From NCBI RefSeq assembly GCF_009914755.1, contig NC_060947.1: a stretch of 64,000 nt of DNA, one strand, 5' to 3'. The position numbers and the translations under genes are program-made. This stretch comes from the human T2T-CHM13v2.0 reference genome, Homo sapiens. Positions 43,857 to 57,779 of this stretch are shown piece after piece; position 1 is the first letter of the stretch; every line of letters begins with the position of its first letter. The notes under the pieces are model-generated. The model made no database searches and was not told where the DNA came from. It worked only from the letters and a program-made list of their open reading frames with translations.

Positions 43857-44100
43857 AGTAGTCTCATTTGTCTATTTGTTCTTTTGTTGCCTGTATTTTT
43901 GTCATTGTATCCAAGAAAGCATTGCCACATCCAATGTCATGAAGCTTCTCCCCTCTGTTTTCTTCAGTTTACAGTTTTGGCACTTGTGTTTAGGTCTTTC
44001 ATCCATTTGAGTTAATTTTAGTATATGATGTAAAGTGAGGGTCCAATTTCATTATTTTGCATGTGGATAACAAGTTGTCCCAACATCATTTGTTGAGATT
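42515..44100 (-). mobile_element. L1MB-type 3' fragment with an AluJ (~43531-43855, +)
   Basis: ttttaattgtggtaaaatacacat...gtacagttcagtggtacattaagcacattcac; reverse [14 protein letters not shown] is typical of L1 ORF2 C-terminal relics. Confidence 0.85.
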
Positions 44101-45580
44101 CTCCTCAGCTCTTAAAGGAAGAGAGGACAAGGAGCATGGTGACTGAGGGTGACAAGACCTCCCTTTCTCTTGCTGAGCCACTCACTTGATCAAGGACCCT
44201 GAGCATGAATTTATTTATTCATTCACGCATTGGGCAATATCCAAACCCAGAGTTCACAACCTCCATAAAATTTAGGGAGTCCATGCAATTAGATCGTGAA
44301 AGAATACTTTTTTTTTAAATTTTTACTAACCTCTAGTTGAAATTACCATCATGGATAACGAATGCAGGCAATCAACCACAGGAAGATTAGCAGTACTTAT
44401 AACAGTCACCGAGTGAAATCCCTGATATTTTCATATTACATTAACTGTGGCAGCAGCTCTTCAAATATGCTTTATACTTGTCACTACTTCCAAATTACAA
44501 CAGTTATTAGACCTTTCCTCAATTCTATTATTTAACACATTAATGAAGATGCACATACATTTTATGGCATCACAATTGTGGCTTAGAAAAATATTTTGAT
44601 AACTGTCTTTCAATAAAATAGCTTTCTTTGTATTCCTATCAATTTTATTTCATGCCTTCAAAAACATTATTCTGAGAAGGAACACACAGATTTCCCCAGA
44701 CAACCAAGGAGAAGGTTCCCTGTGCTGGGCACTGAGGACACAGCAGCCCATGATAAAGACCTTGGTCACTGGCTTTGGAAAGATCCCAGCCACTGAGAGT
44801 GGGAGGGCACACAGATATATAGATACAACACAGTCTGGGGATTTCTGTCCCACAGGCAGCAGGTACTGTGGGACCCCAACGGACTATACAGTTCCAAATT
44901 GACTAGCCACTTCTTGGAGGTTTTTGTGTGAGGAAGGACTGTCTACTCATCAGCCTGGAGGAGTGGTCCTGTCCCTGGTGACCTGTTTACCCCTCTTTGT
45001 GCAGGTAATGAGATTCAGAGAAACCAGCTCTGCCCCCCCTGGCAGCAGCAGATCACCTCCCTTCCCCCGTCTTCTGCTGGCACCAGATATATTCAGCTGT
45101 GGGAGCAGAGATGCTTGGTGTGTTCTCGGTAGCTATGGAAATCCCAGGGTTTCCCTAGCAACAGCTCCAGATGGGTCTTGTTGCTAGGGAACGCTGGGAT
45201 TTCCCAGGCTGCCAGATGAGCAAGACAGCTCTAGCCCCAGGGCAGAGGTGCTGGCAGAGATGTGGGTCTGACCCCTAGGGGATGGATGGTCCCCTTTGAC
45301 TCTGATCCTTTGGGGCACCCAGCCCCATAGCCAAGCGAAAGGATGCTGTGCATTGAATGAGGAGATCTTGAGAGGGGGATGAAGAGGGAGTGCTCTGGGT
45401 AAGCAAACTGATTAGAAAAGTCCAAATGAGCCCAACGGATGCCAGGAAGAGGAAGACAGTAGACTTTGGGAAGCTTGCAACCTTCAAGTCCAGCACTTGG
45501 CTGTTTCTAAAGCACTTTTCCCAAGATTATCGCACAGTATACACCTGCTCGGTTTCAAGAGAAGGTCCAAGATTAGAACG

Positions 45581-45759
45581 AAGGCCAGTCTCAGGAGTGT
45601 GCAGCCTAAGCAGTCACACAGCGTCCCACACTTAGAAGGGCTCTGCACGCTTGAATTAATGCTCTACTGCCACTGACTTGAAATGCTTAATAATTTTTAA
45701 ACAAGGGGCCCTGAATTTTTATTTTGCACTAGGCCCCACAAGTTTTATAGCCAGTCCTA
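45581..45759 (+). mobile_element. MER91-like hAT non-autonomous DNA element
   Basis: ttaatgctctactgcc...cttgaaatgcttaataatttttaaacaaggggccc...attttgcactaggcccc. Confidence 0.65.
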
Positions 45760-46112
45760 GCTAAAACCTTTATTTTATAAGAGAGAAAGCTGACCCGTAG
45801 GGAGCAGATGTACTTAGTCTAAGTTCACGTGACTGAAAGTGCACCTCAGGGGCTAATGCATTTGCACTTAGCTGCTTTCAGGCACCAGCAACTAGACTGA
45901 AACAGGCCTTCAGTGTGGGAAGGCATTCCTGGGGTTCCCGTGGCAGAAAGGTAGGGGTAGCTGGAATCACAGCTCCCTCACTTGTTCTAAGGATCCAACT
46001 CAGAACTGGAGAAATCCAGGCTTTAGGGAGCTCTCAGGCTCGTAGGGAAGCAGACAGCATTAAGAAAATACAATTGGAATAGGAGCTGAGGAGGTGACAG
46101 CAGGACAACACC

Positions 46113-46500
46113 TGTTAGGGGCTATCTGGTGTCCCCCAAAATTCATATATTGAATTCCTAAGCCCTAGTACCTCAGAATGTGACTGTTTAGACATGGGGC
46201 CTTTAAATAGGTAATTAAGATAGAATGAGGCCGTTAGGGTGGTCCCTGATCCAATATGACTGGTGTCCATGTTAAAAAAGGAGATTCAGACACAGACTTG
46301 TGCAGAGGGAGAACCATGTGCGGACGCAGGGAGAAGTGGGCCATCTACAAGCCAAGGACAGAGGCCTCAGAATGAACCAACCCTGCCCACACCTTGGTCT
46401 CCAACTTCCAGCCTCCAGATCTGGGAGACGATGCATTTTTATGGTTTAAGCCTCCCAGTCTGTGATGCTTTGTCATGGTAGCTGGAGCAGACTAGTATAA
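46113..46500 (+). mobile_element. MLT1B-type LTR
   Basis: gtcccccaaaattcatatattgaa...ccctagtacctcagaatgtgact...atccaatatgactggtgtcc. Confidence 0.8.
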
Positions 46501-49500
46501 CATCCTTCATTCCTCCCACTCCTGTGAAATAAAGCCTATGACTCTTTCACAGAGAAAGGGCCCAAGACTTTAAGGGGTTAACTATCTTGCTCAGGGTCAA
46601 ACCAGTAGGCAGCCATGCCAGGACTTGAACGCAGCTTGATCTGTCCCTAAGCCTGTGTTTTCCACTCCACCAGCCTAGGGGGAATTGCACCCCAATTCGC
46701 CCAATTCAGAAGGTCTGAATCCCTTTCCTAGGCATGCCCATCCCTCTGCTGCCCTGTGGGCTCAGGGACTTCCTGGCACAGATCTCCCAACCCCAGACTC
46801 AAAGCTTCCCTGTGGTTTGCATTCCTGCCCTAGACTAAGAGGACTGCCGTGGCTGGATCCTTTGACAGAAGGACTCTGGAGCCATATCAACATTTACCCT
46901 AACCCTAAGGACCAAACAAAAGAGTGAATATGACAAGCCTTTATAAGTGTCACACACCAGAGTTCCAGGTGCATGGGGTTCATGAACACCAGCACTAAGG
47001 GAACATTCTTCCTTTACTATTAAAGTAGCTACATCAGGAAATCACAGATTCTGTTGCCTTTATGTGGAGGAGCAATTCAGCTCTCTCTGTGACTCCCTCA
47101 TTTCAACCCAGAGGCAGCCAGGTATCTTCCTAAACAAAGAGCTATCTACCCAGGGACAACCATGTTACTCGCCTGAAAAGCAAAAGCAACTGCAGATAGT
47201 TAAGGAGATTTTTCTTCTTTCTTCTTTTGTTAAAACAATTTTAGGTTAATGGTGCTTTATTGGGGTATAACATACATACAATAAATTACCCAGATATTGT
47301 GTCCAACTTAGTGAAAAATTTAACAAATGTACACTCCCATGGAACCATCATTCTTGTTGATATGGCAGTTGTATTTTTAAATAGAAATCCCACCTTCTTT
47401 AGCCAGGCGTGGTGACATGTGACAGTAGTTTGAGCTACTCAGGAGGCTGAGGTGGGAGGATTGCTTGAGCCCAGGAGTTTGAGGCTGCAGTGAGCTAAGG
47501 TCACGCCACTGCACTCCAGGCTGGGTGACAGAGCAAGACTCCCATCTTTATTTACAAAAAGAGAAAGAAAATCCCATCTCTCTGCTGCGAGGCTTCCGTG
47601 CCATGATGAAGAGAACAAGGGCTGGGGAAGCACAGAGAAGAGTACAAATCCAGCATGGAGGAATCCTGAAAGCATCCCCTCGAGCGTGTGACAGACAGGT
47701 AAGCTAGATCTTGTAAAGAGTCTGCTGAGAGGAGACAGGGAATAAAGGGACATTGTAGACATAAGGATAAGCAAAGGCTTAGGGGTTTCCAACAGCTTAG
47801 GAGAAAGAGTTCAGAGTAAATACAGCAGAAGATGGCTCATGGGGTGCCATCTGGGGTCAGGAACAGATATGATTATATAAAAATGAAACCAAGCTTGCTG
47901 TCTGATTTAGAAGCTATTTCTGCTACCAGAACAGTCAGTGCCTGTCTAACGTTCATGTCAGGTTTTATTGCTTGTGGTCAAAGGCTGTCGCACAGTACAC
48001 GGAGCAAAGAGCAGAAACTGCATGATTTTTCAGAACAACGTCCAGAATAAATATGAATCTCTGCCTTAAATGGGACATTGCAGAGCAAGTTACATAAAGA
48101 ATTATCAGTCTAATAGATCACAGCACTAGTTGATCAAAATACTTAACATCAGCTTAGCACGGACGTTTAAAGCAGTCAGCATCAAAGAGATACTTAAAGT
48201 TGTAAAACCTAAATGCATGTTTCCCCTCATTGTCCCCACGTCATTTTCTCCCTCTTTAAACGCTTGTCTTACTCTATTGCATAGAATTCATCTTTTTAAG
48301 CTGTTTTAAATCCTTTCTGGAAAAATGAAAGTATACAATATACACAGATTACCACATACATAGGTGCATGCCTGTCTGTCTCAGAAACGGCCTATCATTT
48401 CACATCAATTTTTAATACCACCCCTACCATAAACCAGATTGCCATATGCACATAAGCCTGTTTCAAGACTATTTCTTCTGTTCCAATAGTCCATTTATTC
48501 GTTCCTGGTAGTATACCACACTCTTACTTACTGTATTTTCTTTCATCTAAACAATCAAACATTCTCAAGTCTTTCCCATTAAAAAAAGAAAATTCTCCCA
48601 CTGCCACCCCCACATGGCCACTAGCTACCATGCTAACTCTCTTTCCACCCTTTTACGGTCACATTTCTCAAAAAGTCTGCATGTGGCCCTCTGTTTCCTC
48701 AGCCACTTTTCAATCCTAAGCCACGGCAATCTTATTTCTACTCCCACCACACCACACAAACTGCTCTTGCTAAGGTCAATGAGCTTATGTTGCCCTTCCA
48801 TCCTCTTGGGTTTCCTGCAGTTGCTTTCCTTATTTTCCATCCCCCTTCTTGGCCTCTCCTCCTCTTCCCACTTCTTAAACACGGAAGCTCCTAGGATTTC
48901 GGGGCTGGGTTACATTCTCTTAACAGGCTCACCACAGTTTACCTAGAAGCACTCCCCCTCATCTATGGCTTCCAACATTACCTGCAACATGGACCATGCT
49001 GCATGTTCACCAAACACGGTTTCCTTTTCCTGCTTTACATGCAGTTAGACCACATTTCCTGGAATCCCTTTTGATTATGTGCCACTAGCTTCTGACCAAT
49101 GGGATGTGGGAAGAAGAGATGTTTAACACTTGCAGGTCTGGCCACTCAAACCTCACACGTGATCTTCCATGTTCTCTCTTTTCATTCATCTGCCAGCCCG
49201 GTGCCAAAAAAAAAAAAAATGCCAGTGGAGATCTCTGAGTGCCTAGGGGCCCCTGGAACTACTGGACAAGAGGAAGCTGGATGTCTAATACCCTGAATAA
49301 AACAGAGCCCGGCCTCCACCCCAACCCACCCCCACTGACTTTGAACATGAGTGAAAAATAATCCTTTATTGAGTCAGCTCACTGAAATACAGAAATTGTT
49401 TGATGAAGCAATTAACCTGGCCCAACTAATACACTATCTCTATGCTAATGACAACCAAATATTTGCATTATGGGCCTGTTCTTCTAATTATGCATCAAAT

Positions 49501-49899
49501 GATTGACAATGCAGCCCAAACTGATGGGACAGATAGTTTTTTTTTAATAGATTACTAGGAAGTCACAGATATTCATGCATACATTCATTCATTCAATAAA
49601 TGTTTATCGAGTGCCTACAGGCACCAGATACCGTGCTAGAAACTAAGGTTGCAATGATGAGCAAAGATAAAACCAGTCCATTCACTCACAAAGTTTACTG
49701 TGAGCCTGATGACAGCTGATTCTCATGTCTCATTATATTCCAGCTGCGAGAAACTTCTGTAGCATTTGCTGCTTCATGCAAGCCCGCTACCCATAAAACT
49801 GAGGCTTCCCCTCTCTAGATCCTGGAATCCACTGTTCTCTCCTCTATGAAAGGGTGCAACTGGATATAATAGTATAACACCCCTTTCTCTTAAGTATTT

Positions 49900-51290
49900 T
49901 GTCAGTTTTTTATTGTAGTAAAATATATATAACACAATCTTTTTCAATGTAACAATTTGTTGCTAATTCAGTGGCATTAAATATATTTACAATGTTGTGT
50001 AACTTTTACCACTATCTATACCCCAAAATTGTCACTATCAACAAAAACTCCATGCCCATTCAACAGTAACTCCTCTTTCCCCTTCACCTGAGCCTCCAGT
50101 GACCTCTATTCTACTTTCTGTCTCTAAAATTGGCCTATTCTAGGTACCTCATATAAGTGGAATCATATAATATTTGTCCTCTGTGTCTGGTTTTTATCAG
50201 GAAGCGTAGTTTTTAATAGTACATCCACGTTATAGCATGTATGAGAGTTTCATCCCTTTTCGTGGCTCAATAATATTCCATTGTATGGCTAGACCATATC
50301 TTGTTTATCCACTCATCTGTTGGGATGCACTTGGGTTTCTACTTTTGGCTATAATGAATAATGTTGCTATGAACATTGGTGTATAAATATCTTTTCAAGT
50401 CCCTGTTTTCAATTCTTTTGCATCTATATCTTGAAGTGTGATTGCTAGGTCATATCATAATTCTATGCTTAACCGTCTGAGGAACTGCCACACTGTTTCC
50501 CAAGGTGGCTGCACCATTTTACATTCCCATCAGCAATAAATCCAGGTTCCAGTTATTCCACATACTTGCCAACACTTGTTATTTTCCTTATTTTTTTATT
50601 ATAGCCGTCCTAGCGTGTCCTAGCATGTGTGAAGCTGTATCTAAGAACAGTTTTAAGTATAAATGTTATATATGAATACAATTTTGTTCTGACAAATTCA
50701 AACCCAGAATAGAATTTAAAAATCCACTTCACTGTAGCCACGTCCAACCTCCTTCCCCTCTCCAGAGAAAATCACTGTTAAAAATTTGGTATGCATCTTT
50801 CCTGATCTTGTTCTCTGCATTTGTGTTCTTTTTTTTTCATATATGGATTTTTTTTTATGGCAGAATTTTTATATATTTATAAATCAGTTGGGAAAAGGTA
50901 AACTATTCAATAAGTGATGCTGGAACAAATGAGTCTCCATATGGGTTCAGAAGGAAAATTTTGCCACCCACCAAAAAATTAAGATGAAATAGACACGAAA
51001 CATGGAAAACAAAACTATAAAACTTACAGAAGAAAACACAGGAAAATATCTTCATTATACGTGGGCAAACACAGATTTCTTTTTTTTTAAATTTTATTTT
51101 TCCATAAGTTATTGGGGTGCAGGTGGTATTTGGTTACATGAGTAAGTTCTTTAGTGGAGATTTGTGAGAACCTGGTGGACCCATCACCCAAGCAGTATAC
51201 GCTGCACCATATTTGTTGTCTTTTATCCCTTGACCCCCCTCCCACTCATCCCCCCAAGTCCCCAAAGTCCATTGTATCATTCTGCTTTTT
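49900..51290 (-). mobile_element. L1MB-type fragment (~49900-50640) and L1PB 3' end (~51080-51285)
   Basis: ttttattgtagtaaaatatatataac...; ccataagttattggggtgcaggtggtatttggttacatgagtaagttctttagtgg. Confidence 0.75.
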
Positions 51291-51783
51291 GTTTTGTGTT
51301 GTTTTGCATTTGTATTCTTATGTGTGCGTGAATGCAAGATTATGCGTAATGGAAACATAGCCATTCTGTCACTGTCAGTTTTCTTCCTTCTTTCCAACTG
51401 TTCCACTGTTGTTGTTGTTTTTTTCTGTTAGAGAAGTTCCACTTCGAAAATTTTGCCCTTTAGCTTGTACTGCTGGTTATAACGTGGTCTTTGATTTCCA
51501 GGAAGAGTATGCTGTGTTGGCTGAAGTCACTAGCAGAAGAACTTTGGTGTCTGCCTCATGTAGAATGCATTGCCTAGGTCGTCTCAGGCCTGATCTGAGC
51601 TGAACTTCTCCTATCACATATGCCAACAACTCTTTATGCTTCTCTCTTTCTCTGAAATTACCTTCTTTTGTCTGGAAAAAAAAGGAATGAGGAAGATTTT
51701 TCACCCCTTCAGAGAAAACAACTATCCAACAGGACGAACGTGGGAAACAGCCAGTGTTTGGTGAGAGATCGCCCTCTGCTGCC

Positions 51784-52425
51784 TGTGTTAATCAGGGTTC
51801 TCCAGAGCAGCAGCCAATAGGAAAGATAGATACATTTGTAAGGAGTAACATAATACATATAAATATACATATTTAAACATATATATTTAGATTATAAATA
51901 TAAATCTATGTCTATATTATATATAAATATATACAAGTTGGTTATAAGGAACTGACTAACACTGTTATGGAGGCTGGCAAGTTTCCAGATCTGCAGGGTG
52001 AGTTGGCAAGCTGGAGATCCAGGAGAGCTGATAATGTAGTTCCAGTCAGAGTTCGAAGGCCTGAGACCCAGGAGAGCTGATGACATAGTTCCAGTCCAAA
52101 GCCCAGCAGGCTCAAGACTCAAGAGAAGCCGATGCTGCAGTTTGAGTCCAAAGGCAGGAAAAAGCCAATGTCCCAGTTTGAAGGCCTTCAAGCAGGAGGG
52201 ATTCTCTCTTACTTGGGGGAGAGTTGGCCTTTTTTTTCTATTCAGGCCTTTAACTACCTGGATGAGGCCCACCCACATAATGGGTGGCAATCTTTACCCA
52301 GTCTCCTAACTCAAATGCTAATCTCATCCAGAAACACCCTCACAGACACACCGGGAATGACGTCTGACCAAATGTCTGGGCACTCCGTGGCCCAGTCCAG
52401 TTGACACATAAAATTAACCATCACA
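51784..52425 (-). mobile_element. MLT2 (ERVL) solo LTR
   Basis: tgtgttaatcagggttctccagag...gttgacacataaaattaaccatcaca. Confidence 0.85.
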
Positions 52426-53598
52426 CTAGCCATATGGGCCTTTTAGGGAGCCTGAACCCATAGCAGGAAGCTCTGGTGCCTTGAGCAATTGTCCGGATGG
52501 GCATTATAGGCAGTTAAAATTCTAAGCAAGAAAGATTAAGAAAAAAACAAAAGCGTGTAGGCCAAACTGGAGAGAAAGAGAGTGCAGTGGCAATGCTATT
52601 CGGGTTTCTTTCCTGCTCAGAACCCCGTGATGACTCCTCATCCCCCATAGAACATACCCTTACCTTATGGGGTTTGTGAGGCCTGACTCACTGCCTGCCT
52701 CCTGCTGCCACCACACATGCTTCTTCACTGTTCCTCACTTGTGCCAAGCCTGTTGCTGTTTCAGGGCCTTTGCACTTGCTGTTCCATCTGCCTGGGCACT
52801 CTTTCCCAGATCCTTACAGGGCTTCATGGCAAGGCCTTCCCTGACCACCCTCCCCAAAATAGCACCCCCTCCATCCATTTCCGCCTCCTTACCCCCCTTT
52901 ATTTGTTTGAGCTTGTTTCCTGTCTTCTTCACTAAAATGTAAATTCCACGAGGCCAGGGACTTTATTTTTTTTCTCTGCAAGGCCTGGATCGGAATAGGT
53001 GCTAAGTATTTGCTGAGTGAGTGGATAAATGAATAAATGAATAAATGCAAAAGATAGAAGGAGGGGACAGATCTAGTGATGGATAAAAAGCACATACGAA
53101 ATGGTGTGGATCCTAACGAATAATTAATCTGGGGAAAGCTAAAGCTGAAAATGAATTGAGGCTTTAAGAAAATGCTGAAGACAGATAAGTAAAATGCCTT
53201 TTAGTCAGTGTAAGGAAGTGTGAGAGCAATTTCTTGGAAGAAAATAAATCCTCTTTTGTTGGCATTTTTCCTTCCAGAAGATTGATCTTCAAGCTAAAGA
53301 AAAGTTGGAGGAGAGGGAGGAGAGAGAGCGGGAAATCCAGACAGCTGGTGAAGTTGCTAGATCCCAGAGGCTCCAAGGAGCGATTGATTGCAGGGGATGT
53401 CTAGATAGTGACAGAGAAAGCGTCATAGAGATCCCCAGGCCCCAGAGCAGCAAGGAAGCAGCAGCCTCATGCCCTCAGGCATGGCATAAAAATAATGCTA
53501 GAGCTGCCTCACTGAAAAAAATCCCGAAGGGCCAGGAAGCAGGCTGAACTCAGCCAATGTCTGTATGGACAGAGGATCTCTAAACCAGCCCCCACCCC

Positions 53599-53600
<2 letters not shown>

Positions 53601-53650
<50 letters not shown>
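53601..53650 (+). repeat. (CA)n microsatellite
   Basis: About 24 uninterrupted CA units. Confidence 0.95.
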
Positions 53651-53653
<3 letters not shown>

Positions 53654-54702
53654 CTATGGCACAATGCTATGGGTTTGCATATTTTTCTCCATGCCCCCCA
53701 GAATGATGTCCAAATCTAGAGCAGTGGGTGTGAATCTTGGCTCGTGAACTCTTTGAACAAATCTGATGAAAATTGCCACATGTGCATTATTTCAGGGAAT
53801 TTAAGGAAATTTCAGGAATTCTCCTCCAGGCGATTCATGGACACCTGAAATCCAAGTGCCCCAGGTTAGAAACTCCTGTTCTAAGGGTATATTCCTCAAT
53901 TGCAGCACTTGGATTAATGATGTAACTCCTTAACCCTAGAGTTGAAGATTGCAGCCAAATTCTTAGTGTATTCATTCAACAAATATGTATTGATTGACTG
54001 TCATGTAGCTTATTTAATCCTCACAACTGCCCTTGAAGTAGATTATATTAATACCACCCTCACTCTTGACAGATGAAACAAACGAGGTACTGGGGCTTTG
54101 GGTAACTTGCTACAGGTCACTCATTTTGCACTAGTCACTAGTAGGAGCAGAGCCAGTGGTGGAACCCCAGAAATTCAGCTTTAGAGACATTTTACTGCTA
54201 CCCCACGATGCCTCTTACGAGGTTGGCATCTGTCTTTCAGATAGCCCCGTTCACCCTGAAAACATGTCTCTTAGACTACATATAGTAGGTTAGACATGAA
54301 AATCCCACCACCAACGACATCCGGAGGCTCTGTCACCCTGCCTCTGCTTATTCATCGTTCCCATGGTTTGCTGACTCAGTTTTAATCATTGGTTTACCTT
54401 CTGGATCTATTTGTATGAGGGATTGCACAAATATTTCCCCACATCCAACATCTCGCAAGGAGATGGACTCACGTGCATGTTCAAGTTCAGTCTCCAAGTT
54501 GAGAAGAAAGCTTTCTGGTAGCAATGCTGCACACACCCAGGGGCTCATGGATCTCTCAGGAGAGGCCACATCCAGTGTCCATGAAGTCATGAGTTCTGCA
54601 GCATAGATTCCAAGTTCAGCTTTTGTTTCATCAACATTACTGTGTGCACTTCTGGTTGAGACACTTAGGGGAACAGAGAAAGTTCTTCAGTAAAAGAGAG
54701 GA

Positions 54703-55273
54703 TGTATGAGCTTCCTGTGGCTTCTGTAACAAAGTACCCATGGACTGAGGAGTTAAACAACACAACTACATGGTCTTGCAGTTCTGGAGGCTGGAAGTCA
54801 AAGATCAAGATGTCAGCAGGGTGAGCTCCTTCTGAGGGCTGTGAAGAAAGGATGTGTTCCAGGCCTCTCTCCTTGGCATGAAGATGACTGTCTTTGCCCT
54901 GTGTCCCTTCACATCATCTTCCCTCTACACGTGTCTGTGTCTCTGTCCAAATTTCTCCTTTTATAAGGAAATAAATACTGTAAATATATATATATTTTGC
55001 ACTATAATACTGGAAATATTTATATATTCCTAGTGTTTATTTATATATGTATATTCCCAGTATTCATATATGTATATATTTCCAGTATTTATTTATATAT
55101 TTATTTGATATAAGGAAATACTGGTTGTATTGGATTAAGGCCTACTGTTGTAAACTCACTCTAACTTGATTACCTCCACAAATACCCTACCCCCAAATAA
55201 GTTCACCTTCTGACGTCCTAGCAGTTAAGACACCAACATATGAATTTTAGAGGTCACAATTCAACTCATAACA
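54703..55273 (-). mobile_element. MLT1C-like LTR with an internal AT-rich expansion
   Basis: tgtatgagcttcctgtggcttctgtaacaaagtacc...cacaattcaactcataaca. Confidence 0.75.
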
Positions 55274-57779
55274 AGGGATAATGGTCAGGAAGAAAAAGAG
55301 CCACAGAATGCTAGACATTTTTAATGAGTTAATAAATCCTTGCTATAGGATCAACAAACTTAGTAAGTTAATAAACCTGATGATGGATGGATGGAGCATT
55401 GTACCAGGCACAAAGCCCGGCTATGATGACATCAAAGGCACCCTGCTCTCTTCTGTTGAGAAGTGTTCAAAGTAGTTAGGGAGTCTCAATGAGCCCATGT
55501 AGCAGGTAAGCAATCTTGATCGCTCACACTCAAAAATGCAAATGTATCATTTTGTTCACTTATAGCTAGACTTAATAGGGTATCCATTCAAATGACCTGT
55601 CATTCCATCAGTGCCCACACCTGGTGACTTTTTCCAAGGGGTCCACAGCCCCACCAGGATTCTCCCCACTGTGGCATTATCTCCATCACACCCCAAGGCT
55701 AGATGAGACCACAGCCCTCCAAGGCTAAATGAGACCACAGCCCTCTTGGGGCACTAGGAAGATCCAGCTTAAACCACTGCTGAATTCAAGGTAATTTAGT
55801 GGCACTGCCTCAGAACCTCTCTGTCCTGGCACCCCACCTAGTGGCAAGGGACATATCTGCAAGACTGCTGTCTTCCAGAATTCCAGCTGGGACGCAGTCC
55901 TCTATTTGAAAACAAGTTTTCTGGAAGGAGGGAGCTCTGAGGAGGAGTTTCACAAGGAGAAGAACACAGATTTGGGATAAGATGGGGGGACAATATTTCA
56001 GTAGGGACAATGACAGAGACATGAGTACATATATATATAGCAACTAACTTTATATGAAGGGAAACACACATAGACATGTATTAAGGACACGGTGTCCAAG
56101 TCAGAGGGAAAAAGAAAAACAGGCTAATTAATGAGCAGCCATCATCTGTGGCAAAGAGGCATCAGGCTCTACGCTAGCCTTTGTTTGCTGTCTTTGACCT
56201 CTCTGCACCTTTGTTTTCTAGATGAGCAAACTGAGGCTTGAGGGGGTTGAATCCTTTCCCCCAAAACCACAGCTGCTGGGTTGAAGAGTTGGGATTTTAA
56301 CCAGGGGCGGCTGAATCAAAAGGCTAGGTCTCTTCCCTGAGCAAAATAATGGCATGACAAAGACAGTACTGCAGATTGTCTTGGGAAAAGACAGGACAGG
56401 GAAATCAGCTAGGAGGACATTTCAGCAATCTGAATTTGAGTTGAGGTGGTGGCTTCAGAAATGAAAAAGAAAGGGGTGGATGAGTGTGAATACTGTAGGG
56501 AAAGTCTGGGTGACATATAAGGCAAAGACAAAAAAGAAAATGAAAATGACATCAATCCTCTAAACCACTGCATCAGAAAGATAAAGGCAAACGGTGGTGG
56601 TTAAGGAGAGGCTTGGAAGACCAGATGACTGGGAGGCTGCAGGGAAAAGCTAGAAATGAGGGTAACTTTAGCTCCAGATACAGCAAGTGCTGATGGCGAT
56701 GTTCTTTGAAATGGGTCCACAAACCCACATAAGAATTTGGAGGGCTACTGACAGAGATTTGGGTCAGCAAATGGGTCCGATATGTCCGAGCATGGCACAC
56801 AAGGATGATGTCTCAGCTTCACAGCTGCAGCTGATGCAGAGGCACTATTTTTGCTACAACTGAAGATGTGGCCATTCCAGCGGCTTCCAGCATGTAGGAC
56901 GATGAACTAAGCAGGTCATGAGACATGGAGTGGAGAAAGGAGCAACCTGCTGTAAGATACTTCTCACTAATGGTGATGGAGGAGCTAGCTCAAAAAGGGG
57001 TAGCTTCTGCACTGTGCAGGAACTTGACACCATCTGGACAGCAAGCCGGTCCAGTCCAACTGAAGGGTGACTAAGTGTATAGTGGGCTGCCTACTGGCCT
57101 AGAGTAGTGACTAAGTTGCAATTCTCGTTAAACTGTTGTTTTGAGTGTATTACTTCCTTCTAGCATATTGTCAAAATTCTAGTATTCAAAGGTGTGACAA
57201 AAACATAAAATAAAGTTGAGCAGCCCTGGAATACAGTTATCCTTGACAGCAGGAGTCCCTCAAGGGAAGAGCTGCTCTAAGATCAAGTTTTGAGGTTGGC
57301 CCAATGACAGTCAGACATCCTGGCACTTGAGGTTGCATTTGAAAGGTCAGCATTCTCAAAAGCCAGATTGAACTTTAAGGAAATTTCCCCCAGTGGATGG
57401 TAGGGAGCCACGTGGTCCCTGAGACACCTGGGTCTAACCTCACAGTCTAACTCCTAGGCTTCCTAAAGAGGTGGTTAAACAAGAAAAGTGGTAAAAAATG
57501 TGTTCTTTCTTCTCTTCCCGGTCATCATAGAACTTAAAAAAATCTCAGTCCCAGCAGCTGTTCCATGTCTTACAGAGACAGAAACTGAACCACCTCCTTT
57601 CTTAAATCATTTCGTTATATCAGGCTTGAGCATGTCTACCAACAAATTCTGCTGTTCACAGTAGTTCTAACACTTGGAAGCAAAGAAAAGACGAATCTGC
57701 TGGACAGGTTTTTCAAGGAAATTTAGCACAACCCTAAGTTATTAAGGAGGCCCACAAGACCAAACACAAACTGACTATT

